64,000 nucleotides of DNA, from assembly GCA_050273025.1 (NCBI GenBank), contig CP158636.1, forward strand, positions 12,276,001-12,340,000, given 5' to 3'. Position 1 is the stretch's first letter. The number at the start of each line of letters is the position of its first letter. Both the position numbers and the translations under genes were made by a program. The notes below the pieces were generated by a model. That model was not told the origin of the DNA. It saw only the letters and a program-made list of their open reading frames with translations, and made no database searches. The DNA is from Cenococcum geophilum (Eukaryota). Positions 49,201-61,935 of the stretch are shown one piece after another.

Positions 49201-51297
49201 TCGTTATGAGAATCTTAAGCCTTTAGCTTTTTGCCTTTATTAAGTGGTAAGCTAGCACTAGCAGTCGTCTACTTACTTAATCGTCCCTAAATATTACTCC
49301 TTTTGTCTTATAAAGCGATGGACGCCGTGTTTAATAGTGTTATAATACCCGTTACTAAACCTTACTCTATGGCGGTCTCAGTCTCTACTTCTATTGCGTT
49401 ATTAAGGTTTAGATACCCCTAGTTGGTTCCTTTACTATCCTTATCGCTGTCGATTAATGGGTACTCTAACTCCATTATTATTATTACTAATTATTATCCG
49501 CACGTTGCTATAATATCTTAATCTAGCTCGTAAAGTTAATCTTATTTTTTATTTAACTCTTTAGTTCCTCTAAGTCCCTTTAACTCTAGCTCTTATAGCT
49601 AATAGCTTATACTATACTTGGCGTCTTTATAAATTTAGTATACGTTATTATAACAAAACGCAAAACTTTTAATTAAACATTCTTTTGTTCCTTACAGTAC
49701 ACTATCATCCCTCTATACGTGTGTGTTATATACTATTAGTCTGGTTCCCTTTATTATATAGTAACTCTAACTATCTTTGTAATCCTTTATAAAGTAACCC
49801 TGTTTTCCGCAATTTATATAAGCTCCGTCTCTAAACCACTAACTTTATTATAGAGTCCGCCTAAACGTCTTCTGCTATTAAGATCCCTAGTTTAGCCTCT
49901 GCTTCTTAGTTCTGTAATTACTAGATCCTTAACCTCTAGGTTTCTATAGTTTCTTACTCTATCTCTTATAGGCTTCTTTAGTACCACTTAGGTCCATTAG
50001 CTTTACGCCATACTATAGTTTCTAACTTAGCTTTGGTCATTGCGTACTCTACGTCTTATATAACTATAGAACTCTGTCCTGGCCTTTCTTAGCCTATTTC
50101 CTTTAGAAGATCCTATTGTTAATCTTAACCGCTTAATTTATTAATTCCCTTAGGGTGTCCGCATCTTCTATTAGGATAATTACGTCCTAGACTTTAGCCT
50201 TAAGTCCTTGTTTATACTATGCCATAAGCGCCTTATTATTCCATTCAACTTATATCGCAAGTATTTGAAACTATATTGTGTACTCAATTACTAAAGTTCG
50301 CTATATTAGGTCCTAAAGCTTTCTCTTTTCTATAGTCATTGCTTTTGGGTCCCCAAACATCTATGTTAATTATTCCGCGAATCCTACCTAGCTAGAAAAT
50401 ATAAATCATACCTTATAATTTGCAGTAGTTATTCTATTAGTCTGTATTTCTGTTAAGTAGGGTTAAAACTATTTAAGTGCCCGACCCGTTCGGAATAGTC
50501 CTATATAGGCTATCTAATCCATTATTATGGCTAACTTGGCCCCTTCTTACATGACTTTAAAATGTATTTACGTTAGAAATCCTTTAAGCTTTAATCTCTT
50601 TTCTAAGAATCGTTTGATTAATAGTAACTTAACCTTTACTGCTCTAATTCTATTAAGTTTATTCTTAAGTACCGTATTGTTTTCTATTAATCGATCCACT
50701 ATTTCTTATAATTGTCCTACCGTCACAGGTTGTTGTGAGTCAGTGTCCGCTATACTAGTGTTACCCCCTAACCTTAAAGTAGTTGCCGCCGTTAATGGCG
50801 TTATGGTAGCTGCTTTTAGTGGCATATTATTTGACCTTCTATATTTAATACCGTAACTAGATAGTAATTGTGTAACGGAACCTTGTAGTAGGAACTATAA
50901 TGGGTTCTATTAATGGGCTAGGTATATAGGAAATGTAAAGACAGTAGTTAATAACGTAATAATAACTGGTAGAGTGGTTGCCTAACAGATTAACTCTAAT
51001 TGTATTCTGAGAATTACTATAAGGAAGGAACTATCTAGGTGGGGACTAAGGGTCCTTAAATACACAGCCGTACTCCTATAAAATCCTTCTTATACGTAAT
51101 ATACGTCTTATCTATATTAAACGTGACGTTCCCTACGTTTAATGCAGACAATACGTCCAACCATTATATAACTCGCTTACTATTCTTCGTTATATGGTTC
51201 CACGGGTTCTATCCTAGTTTGTACCTATATTAACTAACTAGCTTCTTCCGACTCTTCTCTAAGTAGTTATAATATTGTACTTAAAGCGTCCGTAATA
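43261..51297 (-). mobile_element. Gypsy G1-e, full length (8037 bp)
   Basis: 427-bp LTRs 43261-43687 and 50871-51297. Perfect TSD ACTAA (43256-43260 / 51298-51302). gag ATG at 50825, pol stop at 44383. Confidence 0.96.
43796..44480 (+). pseudogene. G1 antisense accessory gene (copy in G1-e); exon 1 still open
   Basis: ORF-track 43787..44059 (IPCSYYAKEGLSYIIIASPFSYQPSFYSKCTYANIRLLYNV) is exon 1 reading on into the intron. Tyr occupies the inferred Cys positions. Confidence 0.68.
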
Positions 51298-51779
51298 ACT
51301 AAGTTATTAGAAATAGGTAAATATATATAAGGTATTACGGGAGTGTTCTATAATAACTTATTAATAATACCTAGCGGTAATAAATGCAACTTTATATAAA
51401 ATGTCGCCACCGCTAGTAGGGAAAGCGGCTAACCTATTTTAGCCACACCCTTATTAAGGTGGCGTTTCCTAAATATTAGTACGGTTAAAGCTATAAGGGG
51501 GTACTATAAATTGGGTAAATATTCTCCTAGCTAGTATATTTTTAAAATAAGCGAACCCTTATAAAATGGTTAAGCTATATTATTCTGCTAGTATACTAGT
51601 AGGGAAGGCGTTTGCCCTATATATATTACCCCCTTAAATAATCTACTTTGCGAAGAAGGATATATAAGTTAGACATTTATACTAAAAGTAAATAATAATA
51701 AGCCGATTTTAATAAGCGAATACTTTTAAGGATCCCCTTTCCTACCTATACCTTTTAACTAACTATATTTTACACTTCT

Positions 51780-52110
51780 ATGTCCTTCTATATCTAGCTT
51801 ATACTACGACTCTAATAACGCGCTTTGTTGCTCCCCTAGTCTTTAACCTATTAACCTAAAGGCTACGCCCTCGCCTTCGCCTCGGCTATTTATCCCCTAA
51901 TAAGCCGCGGTTTTACTATATCGAAGACGCCAAAAGGAACGTAATACCTAGCCTAGCTAAGGCGATATAGTTCTAATAAATTTTATTAGCCCTAACTACC
52001 TAAATATTACTATAAACGCAGGCTAAAGCCTATTAAACTCTGTATTTAAGTTAAAGGTAAGCGACCTAGAGTAAAATAAGGCGTTTAAGGAAGTAGACGC
52101 TATCTTAAGT
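51780..52110 (+). pseudogene. Probable RIPed 5' fragment of a host gene (resembles the N-terminus of a Pezizomycotina C2H2 zinc-finger protein family)
   Basis: De-RIPed MSFHIQ, +1 shift, then YYDSDDALRCSPSLQPINLKATPSPSPRPFIPQQ...RRRQKERNTRPSQGDTVLINFIGPNHPDIAINAGQSPLNSASESE. Family resemblance is from memory only; no zinc finger is present in the fragment. Confidence 0.42.
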
Positions 52111-52124
52111 AATATATATATAAC

Positions 52125-52563
52125 CTACCAAGTTTAATAGAGCAAGCACTTAGCTAGCTTATTAAAGGTTATAAAATAGCAATATTAAGCGCTGTTCTGC
52201 TTATAAGCAGAAATAAAAAGCTATAGGCGTAAAACTAGCGCTTAGAAAAGGAAGTGGGTAAAGTGGCGTATATATATAGCTAAGGGGGGTATTCTAATAG
52301 GAGTAAAGGGCCTATTTTATATATAACCCGCCTAAACTGGGCGTAAGGGGCTTATAGCAGATATAGTAGCTAAATGGCCGTAACGCGTAGTACGTAAGTG
52401 CAGTATATGCAAATTAATAGAATATATAGCATATATATACCCCAGACCTTAAACTAGTAGATAATAGATAGCTGCACATAATATAATTATTCGTGGTTAA
52501 ATAACTTATAATATTTGCCCTTAGTAGCGTAGTAGGTAGCCCGGATACTTATATAGCTAGCTA
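52125..52563 (+). mobile_element. pogo/Fot1-type DNA transposon 3' end (transposase C-terminus and probable terminal region)
   Basis: De-RIPed PSPTEQALGQLVKGCEMAMSSAVLLASENEKLRAENQR...RRTYIAKGGVLTGAEG...RKCSICKSTEHTARTCP, stop at ~52464. Matching left TIR not found. Confidence 0.8.
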
Positions 52564-52827
52564 CCTTCCTTAATTCTAATTTAATAGTATACCTATCTTA
52601 GATCTATCTTTATAAAAATTTACGCGTTATCTATCCTATTTTAGATTTTGCTAGTTAATAGTAAAGAATATCTATCCTTTCTAGTAATGCTATTTAACTA
52701 TCTATAGTTAATATATAGCCTAAGTTTTTTTATTCTTTTTTAGTATAAATAATACTAGATATCTTATTAATAACTATAATAGTCTAATATATCCCTTATA
52801 TAAGTTCTCCTAAATAAACTCCTTAAG

Positions 52828-55800
52828 TGTTACAAACGCTTTAAGTACAATGTTACGACTACTTAGAGAGGAGTCAGAAGAAGCTAGTTGGTTAATATAG
52901 GTACGGTTTAGGATAGAACCCGTGGAACCATATAACGAAGAGTAGTAAGCGAGTCATATAATATTATACGCAGTATATACAGTGTACGCGGTATACGCCT
53001 ATATATAATACGTATAACACGTATATTACGTATAAGGAGGATTTTATAGGAGTACGGTTATGTATTTAAGGACCCTTAGTCCCTACCTAGATAGTTCCTT
53101 CCTTATAGTGATTCTTAGAATATAATTAGAGTTAATCTATTAGGTAACCACTCCACTAGTTATTATTACGTTATTAACTACTATCTTTACATTTCCTATA
53201 CACCTAGCCTATTAACAAAACCTATTATAGTTTCTGCTATAAGGTTCCGTTATATAATTACTACTATAGTTACGGTATTAAATATAGGAAGTTAAACAAC
53301 ATACCACTAAAAGCAGCCACTATAACGCTATCGACGGCGGTAATTACTTTAAGGTTAGGGGGTAACACTAGTATAGCGGACACTAACTCGCAATAACCTG
53401 TGACGGTAGGATAATTATAGGAAATAGTTAACTAGTTAATAGAAAACAATATAGTACTTAAAAATAAGATTAACGGGATAGGCGTAGTAAAGGTTAAGTT
53501 ACTATTAATTAAAAGATTCTTAGGAGAAAGATTAAAGCTTAAAGGATTCCTTATATAAATGCACTTTAAGGTAGCATAGGAGGGAGTAAAGCTAGTAATA
53601 CCTATGGATCGAATAGCGTATATAGGACTGTTCTTAACAAAAAGGGCACTTAAATAGTTTAAGCCTTACCTTATAGAAATATAGGCAAACGGAATAATAA
53701 CTATAAACCAAGAAGTACGGTTTATGTTTTTAAGCTAGGACGGATTTATAGAACAACTTACACAAATGTTTAGAGATCTAGAGGCAACAACTATAGTGGA
53801 AAGAAAACTCCAAAACATTATATAGCGAACCTTAGCAATTAAGTACACGATATAGTTTTAAACATTAGCAATATAAGTTAAGTAGAATAATAAGGCGCTT
53901 ATAGCATAGTATAAATAGGGACTTAAGGCTAAAGTCTAGGATATAATTATTCTAATAGAAGATACGGATACCCTAAGGGAACTAATAGATTAAGCGATAA
54001 AGATTAATAATAGGATCTACTAAAGGGAATAGACTAAGAGAGGTTAGGATAGAGTTCTATAGTTATATAAGACGCAGAGTACACAATAACTAAAGATAAG
54101 TTAGAAACTATGGTATGGCGCAAAGCTAATAGACCTAAGTGGTATTAAAGAAACCTATAAGAAATGGAGTAAGAAACTATAGAAATTTAGAGGTTAAGGA
54201 TTAAGTAATTATAGAACTAAGGAGCATAGGCTAAACTAAGGATCTTAGTAGTAGAAGATATTTAAGCAGACTCTATAATAAAAGCAATAGTTTAAAGATA
54301 GAGCTTATATAAATTATGGAAAATAGGGTTATTTTACCAGAGACTATAAAAGGAGTTAGAGTTATTATATAGTAAAGGGAACTAAACTAGTAGTATATAA
54401 CACAAATATATAGAGGGATAATAGTATACTATAAGGAATAAAAGAATATTTAATTAAAAGTTTTACGTTTTGTTATAATAACGCATACTAAATTCATAAA
54501 GACGCTAAGTATAGTGCAAGCTATTAGCTATAAGAGCTAGAGTTAAAAGAACTTAAAGGAACTAAAGAGTTAGATAAAGAATAAGATTAACTCTATAAGC
54601 TAGATTAAGATATTACAGCAATATACGGATAACAATTAGCAACAATGATAATGGAGTTAAAGTACTTATTAATTAACAGCGACAAGGATAAGTAAGGTTT
54701 AGTAACGGGTATTATAACACCGTTAAATACAGCATCCATTACTTTATAAGACGGAAGGAGTAATATCTAGAGATGATTAAGTAAGCAGATAACTGCTAGT
54801 ACTAGCTTACCATTTAATAAAGGTAAAAGGCCATAGGCTTAAGATTTTTAAGACAAGATAAGAGACAACTAAGATTCTTAGAATAAGATAAGGTATGCTT
54901 AAGGACCTATAATAGATAAAAACCGATGGGATAGAGTAACAGCTTAGTTTAGCAATATACAAATAAGCTTAGGATAAAGTTTTCTAAAGGTATAAGACTC
55001 TTAAAACAAGATAAGTAAGATTTAAGACTCTTAAAATAAGATAAGAACACTAATAAAGCTTAGTTAGACTAAGGCTAGAGCTAAGCTTAAGTTAGAAGCA
55101 AGCTTAGGGTTAAAAATCTAAGGGATTAAGAATTCAGAGTATAAATTAAAACACCTATAAGTAAGAGGTAAAAAGCTTCTTTATAGATTAGAGAATCTAC
55201 AGTATAAATAGTAATTAGACTAAAAGATAGATATATAGACCTAGGAGACTTACTAGGCAAATATAGTGTTTAACCTAAAGATTAAAAAGTAAAAGAACTT
55301 TAAAGATTTAATTATAAGACGTAAATAACAAGAAACTATAGATAAGTTTAAAATAAGAATCCTTATATAGTAAGAAAAGAAACTAGATATAAGATCTAGT
55401 ATACTAGGTTATATAAGGGATAGAGCACCTATATAAAGAATTACTAATAGGCTAAGAATAGGCACACTAAGAGCTAAGTGGCTTACTAAACTGAAAAATA
55501 AAGAGAATCTAGGGATTCTAACTAGGTTTAAAGAACGATATATAAAAGGCTATTACGACGTAGTAATAAGAAGATACTTCTTTACGGATAGACTATATAT
55601 ACTCTAGTAGCTATACTAAAAGTGGTATAGGCAACGATATAATAATAAGTAGGAAGATTTCTATATATGGTTAGACGAAAAAGTTATCTAAAACCACCTA
55701 ATTATAGAAAAAGCAATAAACCATATTAAGGGAGCCTTAATTATAATATTAAAGGATCTAAAGGAATAATTAGAGGACTAAAGAAGTAAGAGACGTATCT

Positions 55801-58800
55801 TAGTACCTATAAATAAAGTTATAACGTTTAGATTAGTGCGATAAAGGTTTAAACTTAAAGATAAAGATAAGCTAAGAGTTAACCTAAAGTACCTAGTATA
55901 CTATACGCTATTATAGATTATATATATAGATAATATATATAAAATATATAAGAATCCAAAGAAAAAGAATTAGAAATACTCTATAAGGATATACTAGATA
56001 ATAGATAAATAATAGTATAGGAATACTAAGTATATATACGGCTGGCATCTAGCAGAAGTTTAAAAAAAAAGGAGATTTAATACTTTAACTAGGAAGATTC
56101 CTTACGGAAAAATGCTTAGATAGATGATAGTAGTAGGAATACCTAGAAAATATATGTCTATAGTATATTAAGGATAAGAAATAAACTAGGTATTAGCTAA
56201 AGAATAAGCTAAGCGTAATAGAATTAAGTAGCTAATAGTTAGGAAAAGTAGAGGCCTATAGGACTAGAGGGAGCTAGTAGTAGAGCCTTAGACCCTTAAA
56301 GGAATTTAAGGATAATACCTAAACCTAAAAGTTAATTAGCAAGATTAACAGTTTAAAGCGTTAGTAGATAGTAGAGTAATATAAAACTATATTTTACTAA
56401 TAGCAGTTAAAAGAATAGGGCTACTATATAGGCAAAAAGAGCACCCTTATTTATTAGTAATAATTTTAGGAGATCTAATAGCCTATAGAGGAGGCATTAT
56501 TAATCTTAAAATAGGACTAATTTAGATAACTATTAAAGGGAGATAAGTTAAGATGTTTTTTAATATATTACTATTAGGGAATAATAAGGCAGTATTAGGA
56601 ATGCCTTAGTTATAAGAATATAATCTAAAGATTAATTAGGTTACTAGTTAGGTTAATATTAAAGATACTTAATACCGTAAAATGTGATAATAAACTAAGT
56701 TAGTATAGTACTAAGTTAGAGCGATATATAAGGAGACTAATTAGGGATTAAGTTATATACTAAAGAGATACTATAAGTATAGCAAGAAACTATGGTTACT
56801 AAAAAGTAAAAAGCTATTAAAATATGTAGTATAAGACTATAAGATAAAGTTAGAACTAGGAATAAGTTTAAGGTTTTACCTAACTTATAAGTTAACAGAA
56901 AAAGAGTTATAGGCACTTAAGAAGTTTGTTTAGGAAAATCTTTAAAAGGGATATATTAGACTATCGCAGTTATTAGCAGGATATCTAGTACTATTTATAC
57001 TAAAGAAGAATAGAAAACTTAGGCTATGCATTAACTATAGACAGTTAAACAGCATTACTTAGAAGGATAGGTATTCTTTACCCTTAATTAGCGAAATCTA
57101 AGATAGGATTAATAATGCGCAAATCTTTATAAAGATAGATCTAAGATAAGTATACTATTAAATTAGGATTAAGAAAGGCGATAAATAAAAGGCAGCCTTT
57201 AGGTTAAAGGAAGGACTATATAAACTACTAGTTATATAATTTAGGCTTATAAACGCACTAGTAACGTTTTAGAAGCGTATTAATAATATATTAAGAGAGT
57301 ACTTAAATGAATTTGTTATAGTATACCTTAACAACATTATTATCTACTTAATAAGTAAGGAAGAATATAGAGAACACGTTAAATGGGTCTTAAAGAGACT
57401 ATAAAAAGAATAAATGCTGGTAGTAATTAAGAAATGCGAATTCTTCACTAAAAAAACAGATTTTATTAAATTTATTATTAAACTAGGCTAACTTAGTATA
57501 GATCTAAAAAAGATTAAGGCTATAGTGAATTAGTAAAAACTAGAAAATGTAACGTAGTTAAGGTTATTTTTAGGGTTCTATAATTACTACGGAAGGTTTA
57601 TAGCTTAATAGTTAAAGGATATTAAGCTACTTATAAGATTAATAAAGAAAGAAGAACTATAGGTATAGGGAGAGGAATAAAAGGAACTATTTAAGAAAAT
57701 TAAATAGTTATTTACCTAGAAGCTAGTTCTTAAAATCTATTAACTATAGTTAGAGGTAGTGGTTAAAATAGATATATTAGACTATATACTAGGAGCGTAC
57801 TTTCTATAGAAATATAAAGATAAATAGCACCTAGTAGCATATTATAGTTAAAAGATAACACTACTAGAACTAAACTATAATATCTATAATAAGGAGTTAT
57901 TAGGTATAGTTATAGTATTAAGGGAATAGAGATTATTCTTATAAGGTATAGAGAAACTATTTATAGTTAAAATAGATTATAAAAACCTAACGGGGTTCCT
58001 AATAATAAAAGAACTTAATTATAGATAGGTTAGATAGGCGGAGATGCTTACAGAATACTATTTTAAGATTTAGTATACTAAGGGTATAGAGAATACACAA
58101 GTAGACGCTCTAAGTAAAAAGGCTAAACTATAAAATAATAAAAAGCCATTAGGGGCTTTACTGCGAAAAGATATAGATAGATTAATTAGGTATAATTATC
58201 CGAAGATTATAGTAATATAAAAAGAGAAGATCTATAAATTATTAAAGAGTAATTAGATATAAAAGATCCTAGACGTATAAATAGAGGATTTAGACTTAGA
58301 GTAGTATAAAAATTAAGAAGTAATATATATACTAAGATCTATTATAAAGGAGTTTATTAAGTTATTTTATAAAGGACTAACTTAAGGACATAACGGAGCT
58401 ATAGGCTTAGTGTTAAGACTTTAAGAGGAGTATATTATTAATAGAATCTAGGGACTAGCTAGGTAAGTTATAAAAGAATATCTAGATTACTAAAGGAATA
58501 AACTAATAAGGCATAAGTTATATAGAGAGCTATAACCTATTAAAATACTAGAGAGACTATAGGAGGTTATATTATAGGACTTTATTATAAAATTACTAAA
58601 GTTAAGAGATCCTATTACTGGATAAGATTATAATATAATCTTAGTAATAGTAGATAAGCTTATAAAGTAGGGATACTTTATAGCATATTTAGAAGAAATA
58701 TTAGCGGAAGATATCGCTAGAATCTATATTAAAGAAGTATTCGTAAGATATAGAGTACTAAGTAAGATTATATTAGATAGAGATCTAAGATTTATAGTAG

Positions 58801-60785
58801 TATTCTAGAAAGTATTCTTAGTAAAGTAAGGAGTTTAAGTAGTAACTTCTACTGTATATTATTTACAGACAGACGGTTAAATAGAAAGATTAAATTAGAT
58901 ACTAGAATAGTATCTAAGGCATTATATTAATTATATATAAAATAATTAGGTATTGCTATTACTAGTTATATAGTTTATATATAACGCAACATTATAAGAA
59001 GGAATAGGTACGTTATTATTTAAGGCAAACTACGGATATAAGCTAAGGACCTTATTATCGCCACGTTAAGTAAGAAAGATAAGTAATATAGCTAAGTAAA
59101 GAATAAAGAATTTAATAAATCTTTATATAGACCTTATAGAAACAGCTAAGGTGGTACAGTAAAGAATAAAAAAGTACTATAATGCTAAGAGATCTAAGGG
59201 ACTAGATCTTAAGGAGGGAGATAAAGTATAGCTACTATATAAAAATTTTAAGAGTCGACGACTAAGTAAGAAGTTAGACTATATTAGGCTAGGACCTTTT
59301 AAAATTATATAGAAAATTATATTAGTTATATTTAAGTTAAACCTACTAGCTAGGATAAAGATCTACCCTATATAGTATATTGTAATACTAGAGCCAGTAT
59401 ATAGGAATATTAAGCTATTAGTTTATAAAGTAGACATATATAGAGGACAAGAGGAAGATAAATAGTAAGTTTTAGAGATTATTAGTTATAAGGACGTAGA
59501 TAATAAAATATAGTACGAAGTAAAGTAGATAGGCTATAATAAGACTACCTAGGAGCTATTAGAGAACCTAAAGAACGCTATAGAAAAGGTATAGGAGTAT
59601 TAAAAGAGAAAAGGTCAGGCAATATTAATAAAGAGAAATTGCTAAAGAACGAGTTACCTAAGGGGGACTTAGGAAGAGCGACTGCCAAACTACTTAGAGT
59701 TATTTCCTTCTCTATTAAAAGAGAATCCGTTCTTTTATTACTAAGTTTCTATAGACCTTATTTTATAAGTTTCTACTCCTTAAAACGAACCTTTTTACGA
59801 ACTTTTATAAGACAAATTAACTAAGCGGACGCAGCGAGACGAGAATTAAGAGCCTATTATTAAGCATTAGCAGCTTCTTTTTTAGCGTTACGCGAACAAT
59901 AAAGCTCCGCTAAGGTAATGGATAGTTTACTATTAAGCTTCGCAGTAGTAGATTAAACACGAGATCTTATAATAAATTACTTAGGGAACTTAGAGACTAT
60001 TAAGAGTTATAAAACGCGTATACTTAGCGTTAAAAGTAAAGCGAATATTATAAGACAATTAAATATTTGCTTTAGTGCACTCTAAATAAAAAAAGGGTTA
60101 TTAAGACAAAGGACTTACTAACGCAATATATACTAACCCCTTTTTCATATAATAAGAATATAGAGATAGCATTATTTTACTAAGCAATAATATTACAGCA
60201 ATAGTGCGGGCATAACGTTGCGCTTATAAAGAAGGAGAGGCTTTAGGTATTATAAGTAATAATATTAACTAAATTAATTAGATGGATATTATACCTCTAG
60301 TAAATAACTTAGAGATATTAGGTATCTTTAAAGATAAAGATAAAGAGGAGGAAAATAGTATTACGAACGCTTTAAGTACAATATTATAACTACTTAGAGA
60401 GAAGTTAAAAGAAGCTAGTTAGTTAATATAGGCACGGTCTAAGATAGAACCCATAGAACTATATAATAAAGAGTAGTAAGTAAGTTATATAATGTTATAC
60501 GCAGTATACACAGTGTACGCGGTATACGCCTACGTATAATATGTATAACACGTATATTATATATAAGGAGGATTTTATAGGAGTACGGTTGTGTATTTAA
60601 GGACCCTTAGTCCCTACCTAGATAGTTCCTTCCTTATAGTAATTCTTAGAATATAATTAGAGTTAATCTATTAGGCAACTACTCCACTAGTTGTTATTAC
60701 GTTATTGACTACTGTCTTTATATTTCCTATATACCTAGCCCATTAACAGAACCCATTGTAGTTCCTACTATAAGGTTCCGTTACA
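52828..60785 (+). mobile_element. Gypsy G1-f, full length (7958 bp)
   Basis: 427-bp LTRs 52828-53254 and 60359-60785. Perfect TSD TTAAG (52823-52827 / 60786-60790). gag start at 53301, pol stop at 59645. Confidence 0.96.
59545..60250 (-). pseudogene. G1 antisense accessory gene (copy in G1-f)
   Basis: Reverse complement is colinear with 24002-24710. Confidence 0.62.
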
Positions 60786-60980
60786 TTAAGTGCTTTTAAC
60801 TCCTCTTTAGTTATCTTATAGATTAAAAAGAACTTTAAACTTATTTCTAGTTTTAATTCTATTTTATAGTCCTATACTATATACTTTAATAGCCTTTTAC
60901 TTTCTAGGCTCTATAGCTTTTTGCTGTATTTATGATATCTTTTTGATACATAACTTAACCCTTTCTTGGTTTCTTTATAT

Positions 60981-61280
60981 AAAAATGTCTATTTAAAGCG
61001 AAGTCACGCCTTCCCTCCGAACAGAAACATCAATATCTATCACAATCAGCCTTTCGGCTTTTCGCTTTCCTACCCTCCACCCTATAGATAGATTTTGCAG
61101 CCTTAGGCTTGCGGTAGGCCCGAGGGGGGCAATGAGTGTGTAATCATCTACCACTGCTTGAGACAGTAGGACCTACTATGCAATACAGCAGGCTGAGATG
61201 ATTACCCTCTCCTCGGGCCTACACCCCCTAATACAATATATTCAGAATATATCTCTATCTCTGCGAGCAAGTGAATAGAT
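60981..61280. other. 300-bp non-RIPed, hairpin-rich insertion of unknown origin
   Basis: The G1-g host rejoins without loss when it is removed. CA/TG dinucleotides are retained. Nested inverted repeats at 61114-61222. Confidence 0.85.
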
Positions 61281-61935
61281 ATTGCTCTAACCTAGTATTA
61301 TACTAACTTAATAGCTATACGCATTTTATATTATTTAGTATCCCTAATATCGACCTAACCTATAACCTAATTAATTTTTAGATTATATTCCTGTAACTAA
61401 GGCATCCCTAAAACTACCTTATCCTATCCTAAAAGTGGGACGTTAAAAGATATTTTAATTAGCCTTCCTTTAATATTTATCTAAATAAGTCCTATTTTAA
61501 GATTAATAATGCCTTCTCTATAGGCTATTAGATCTCCTAAAATTATAATTAATAAATAAGGATGCTCTTTCTATCTATATAGTTCCTTATTGCTTTACTA
61601 TCTATTAGAACTTTAAACTGCTAATCTTACTAATTAACTTATAGATTTAGGTGTTATCCTTAAATTCCTTTAAAGGTCTAAGACTCTACTACTAGCTCCC
61701 TTAGGGCCTATAGGCTTTTACTTTCCCTAACTATTAGCTACTAGGTCTTATTTATACTTAGTTTATCTTTAGCTAATACCTAGTTCGCTTTTTATCCTTA
61801 ATATACTATAGATATATATTTTTTAGGCATTCCTACTACTATTATCCTTTAAGCATTCTTCTATAAGGAATCTTTCTAGTTAAAATATTAAGTTATTTAA
61901 CTCCTAAACTTCTACTAAATGCTAGCTATATATAT

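Larger units (their letters stand above)
52564..61935 (-). mobile_element. Gypsy G1-g internal fragment (gag end, protease, RT start); own sequence 52564-52827, 60791-60980 and 61281-61935
   Basis: Colinear with G1-d 27075-28220. Truncated at both ends; no LTRs. Confidence 0.88.

Noticed and set aside
146..59824. Most ORF-track ORFs (146, 2820, 10236, 27336, 28787, 29477, 32478, 37470, 48571, 50527, 59639) as real genes
   Set aside because: They are off-frame or antisense shadows of RIPed TE coding sequence. Only 32452 (Copia RT), 41199 (G2 integrase), 48411 (G1 gag) and 43787 (accessory exon 1) are in biologically meaningful frames, and these are pseudogene pieces.
60981..61280. Helitron or MITE identity for the non-RIPed insert
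   Set aside because: The minus strand could start with TC after an A, but there is no CTRR 3' end. There are no terminal inverted repeats and no clear TSD.
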